From positions 1 to 64,000 of IMG/VR virus record IMGVR_UViG_3300044710_000137: 64,000 nt of DNA; one strand, given 5' to 3'. A program made the position numbers and the translations under genes. The stretch's first letter is position 1. Every line of letters starts with the position of its first letter. Below, piece after piece: positions 63,711-64,000 of the stretch. The DNA comes from a virus. The notes under the pieces are model-generated. The model was not told where the DNA came from. It searched no databases and was given only the letters and a program-made list of their open reading frames with translations.

Positions 63711-63800
63711 TGGTGAGCTTCGCGGCTTCCAAATCCTGAGCGGCATCCAGGCCAATCGTCGATGGTTGTGTGGCGCGCACCTTTGGCCGCATGCCCGGCT
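63711..63800 (-). repeat. Family B element
   Basis: TGGTGAGCTTCGCGGC..CATCCAGGCCAATCG..GCGCGCACCTTTGGCCGCATGCCCGG. Confidence 0.85.
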
Positions 63801-64000
63801 GGACAAAAGCGCTGTATCATCGCCACGGATTCAATCGCTCTCGAACTCGAAGTAGCGTGCTCCGGGCCTAGCGAGGTAAGCCTCAGGCGGAAGACAGTGC
63901 GCCAGAAACTCTTCGCGCGTGGCCTCGCGAATGGCGCGCACAGGTTGCATAACGGCACCGCCGGCGAAACCGAAAGCTACAGCGCTCCGCCCGACGGCTC

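Noticed and set aside
5097-63800. A/B elements as intrinsic terminators or ordinary promoters
   Set aside because: No U-tract follows the stems, five copies lie mid-gene in frame, and orientation does not follow transcription direction.
1-64000. Diversity-generating retroelement or retron explaining the local mutation bias
   Set aside because: No reverse transcriptase motif in any ORF and no TR/VR pair differing at adenines; the bias is at CG.

Overview
The window is almost entirely a GC-rich tailed phage or prophage with a P22-like morphogenesis module. In order it holds lysis genes, Ig-domain virion proteins, gp14/gp7/gp20-like genes, a 3397-aa ejection-position polyvalent protein (2H phosphoesterase, N6-adenine MTase, SNF2 helicase; DarB-like) and a long accessory/early region. 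After that come a FimB-like tyrosine recombinase, a NusG-type antiterminator, GroES, TerS, a TerL split into two genes 6.7 kb apart, portal, scaffold and major capsid. The most striking unexplained signal is about 44 dispersed, oriented, structured DNA elements in two families. Family A is a ~40-bp hairpin with covarying stem (26 copies); family B is ~85 bp (18 copies). They mostly alternate in orientation, and back-to-back pairs bracket small cargo genes or protein domains, even in frame inside the giant protein. Many cast a one-sided ~100-250 bp CpG-depleted, AT-richer shadow. This looks like an undescribed cassette-shuffling or site-directed DNA-modification system. All counts were made by eye and family assignments from remembered motifs, not database searches.
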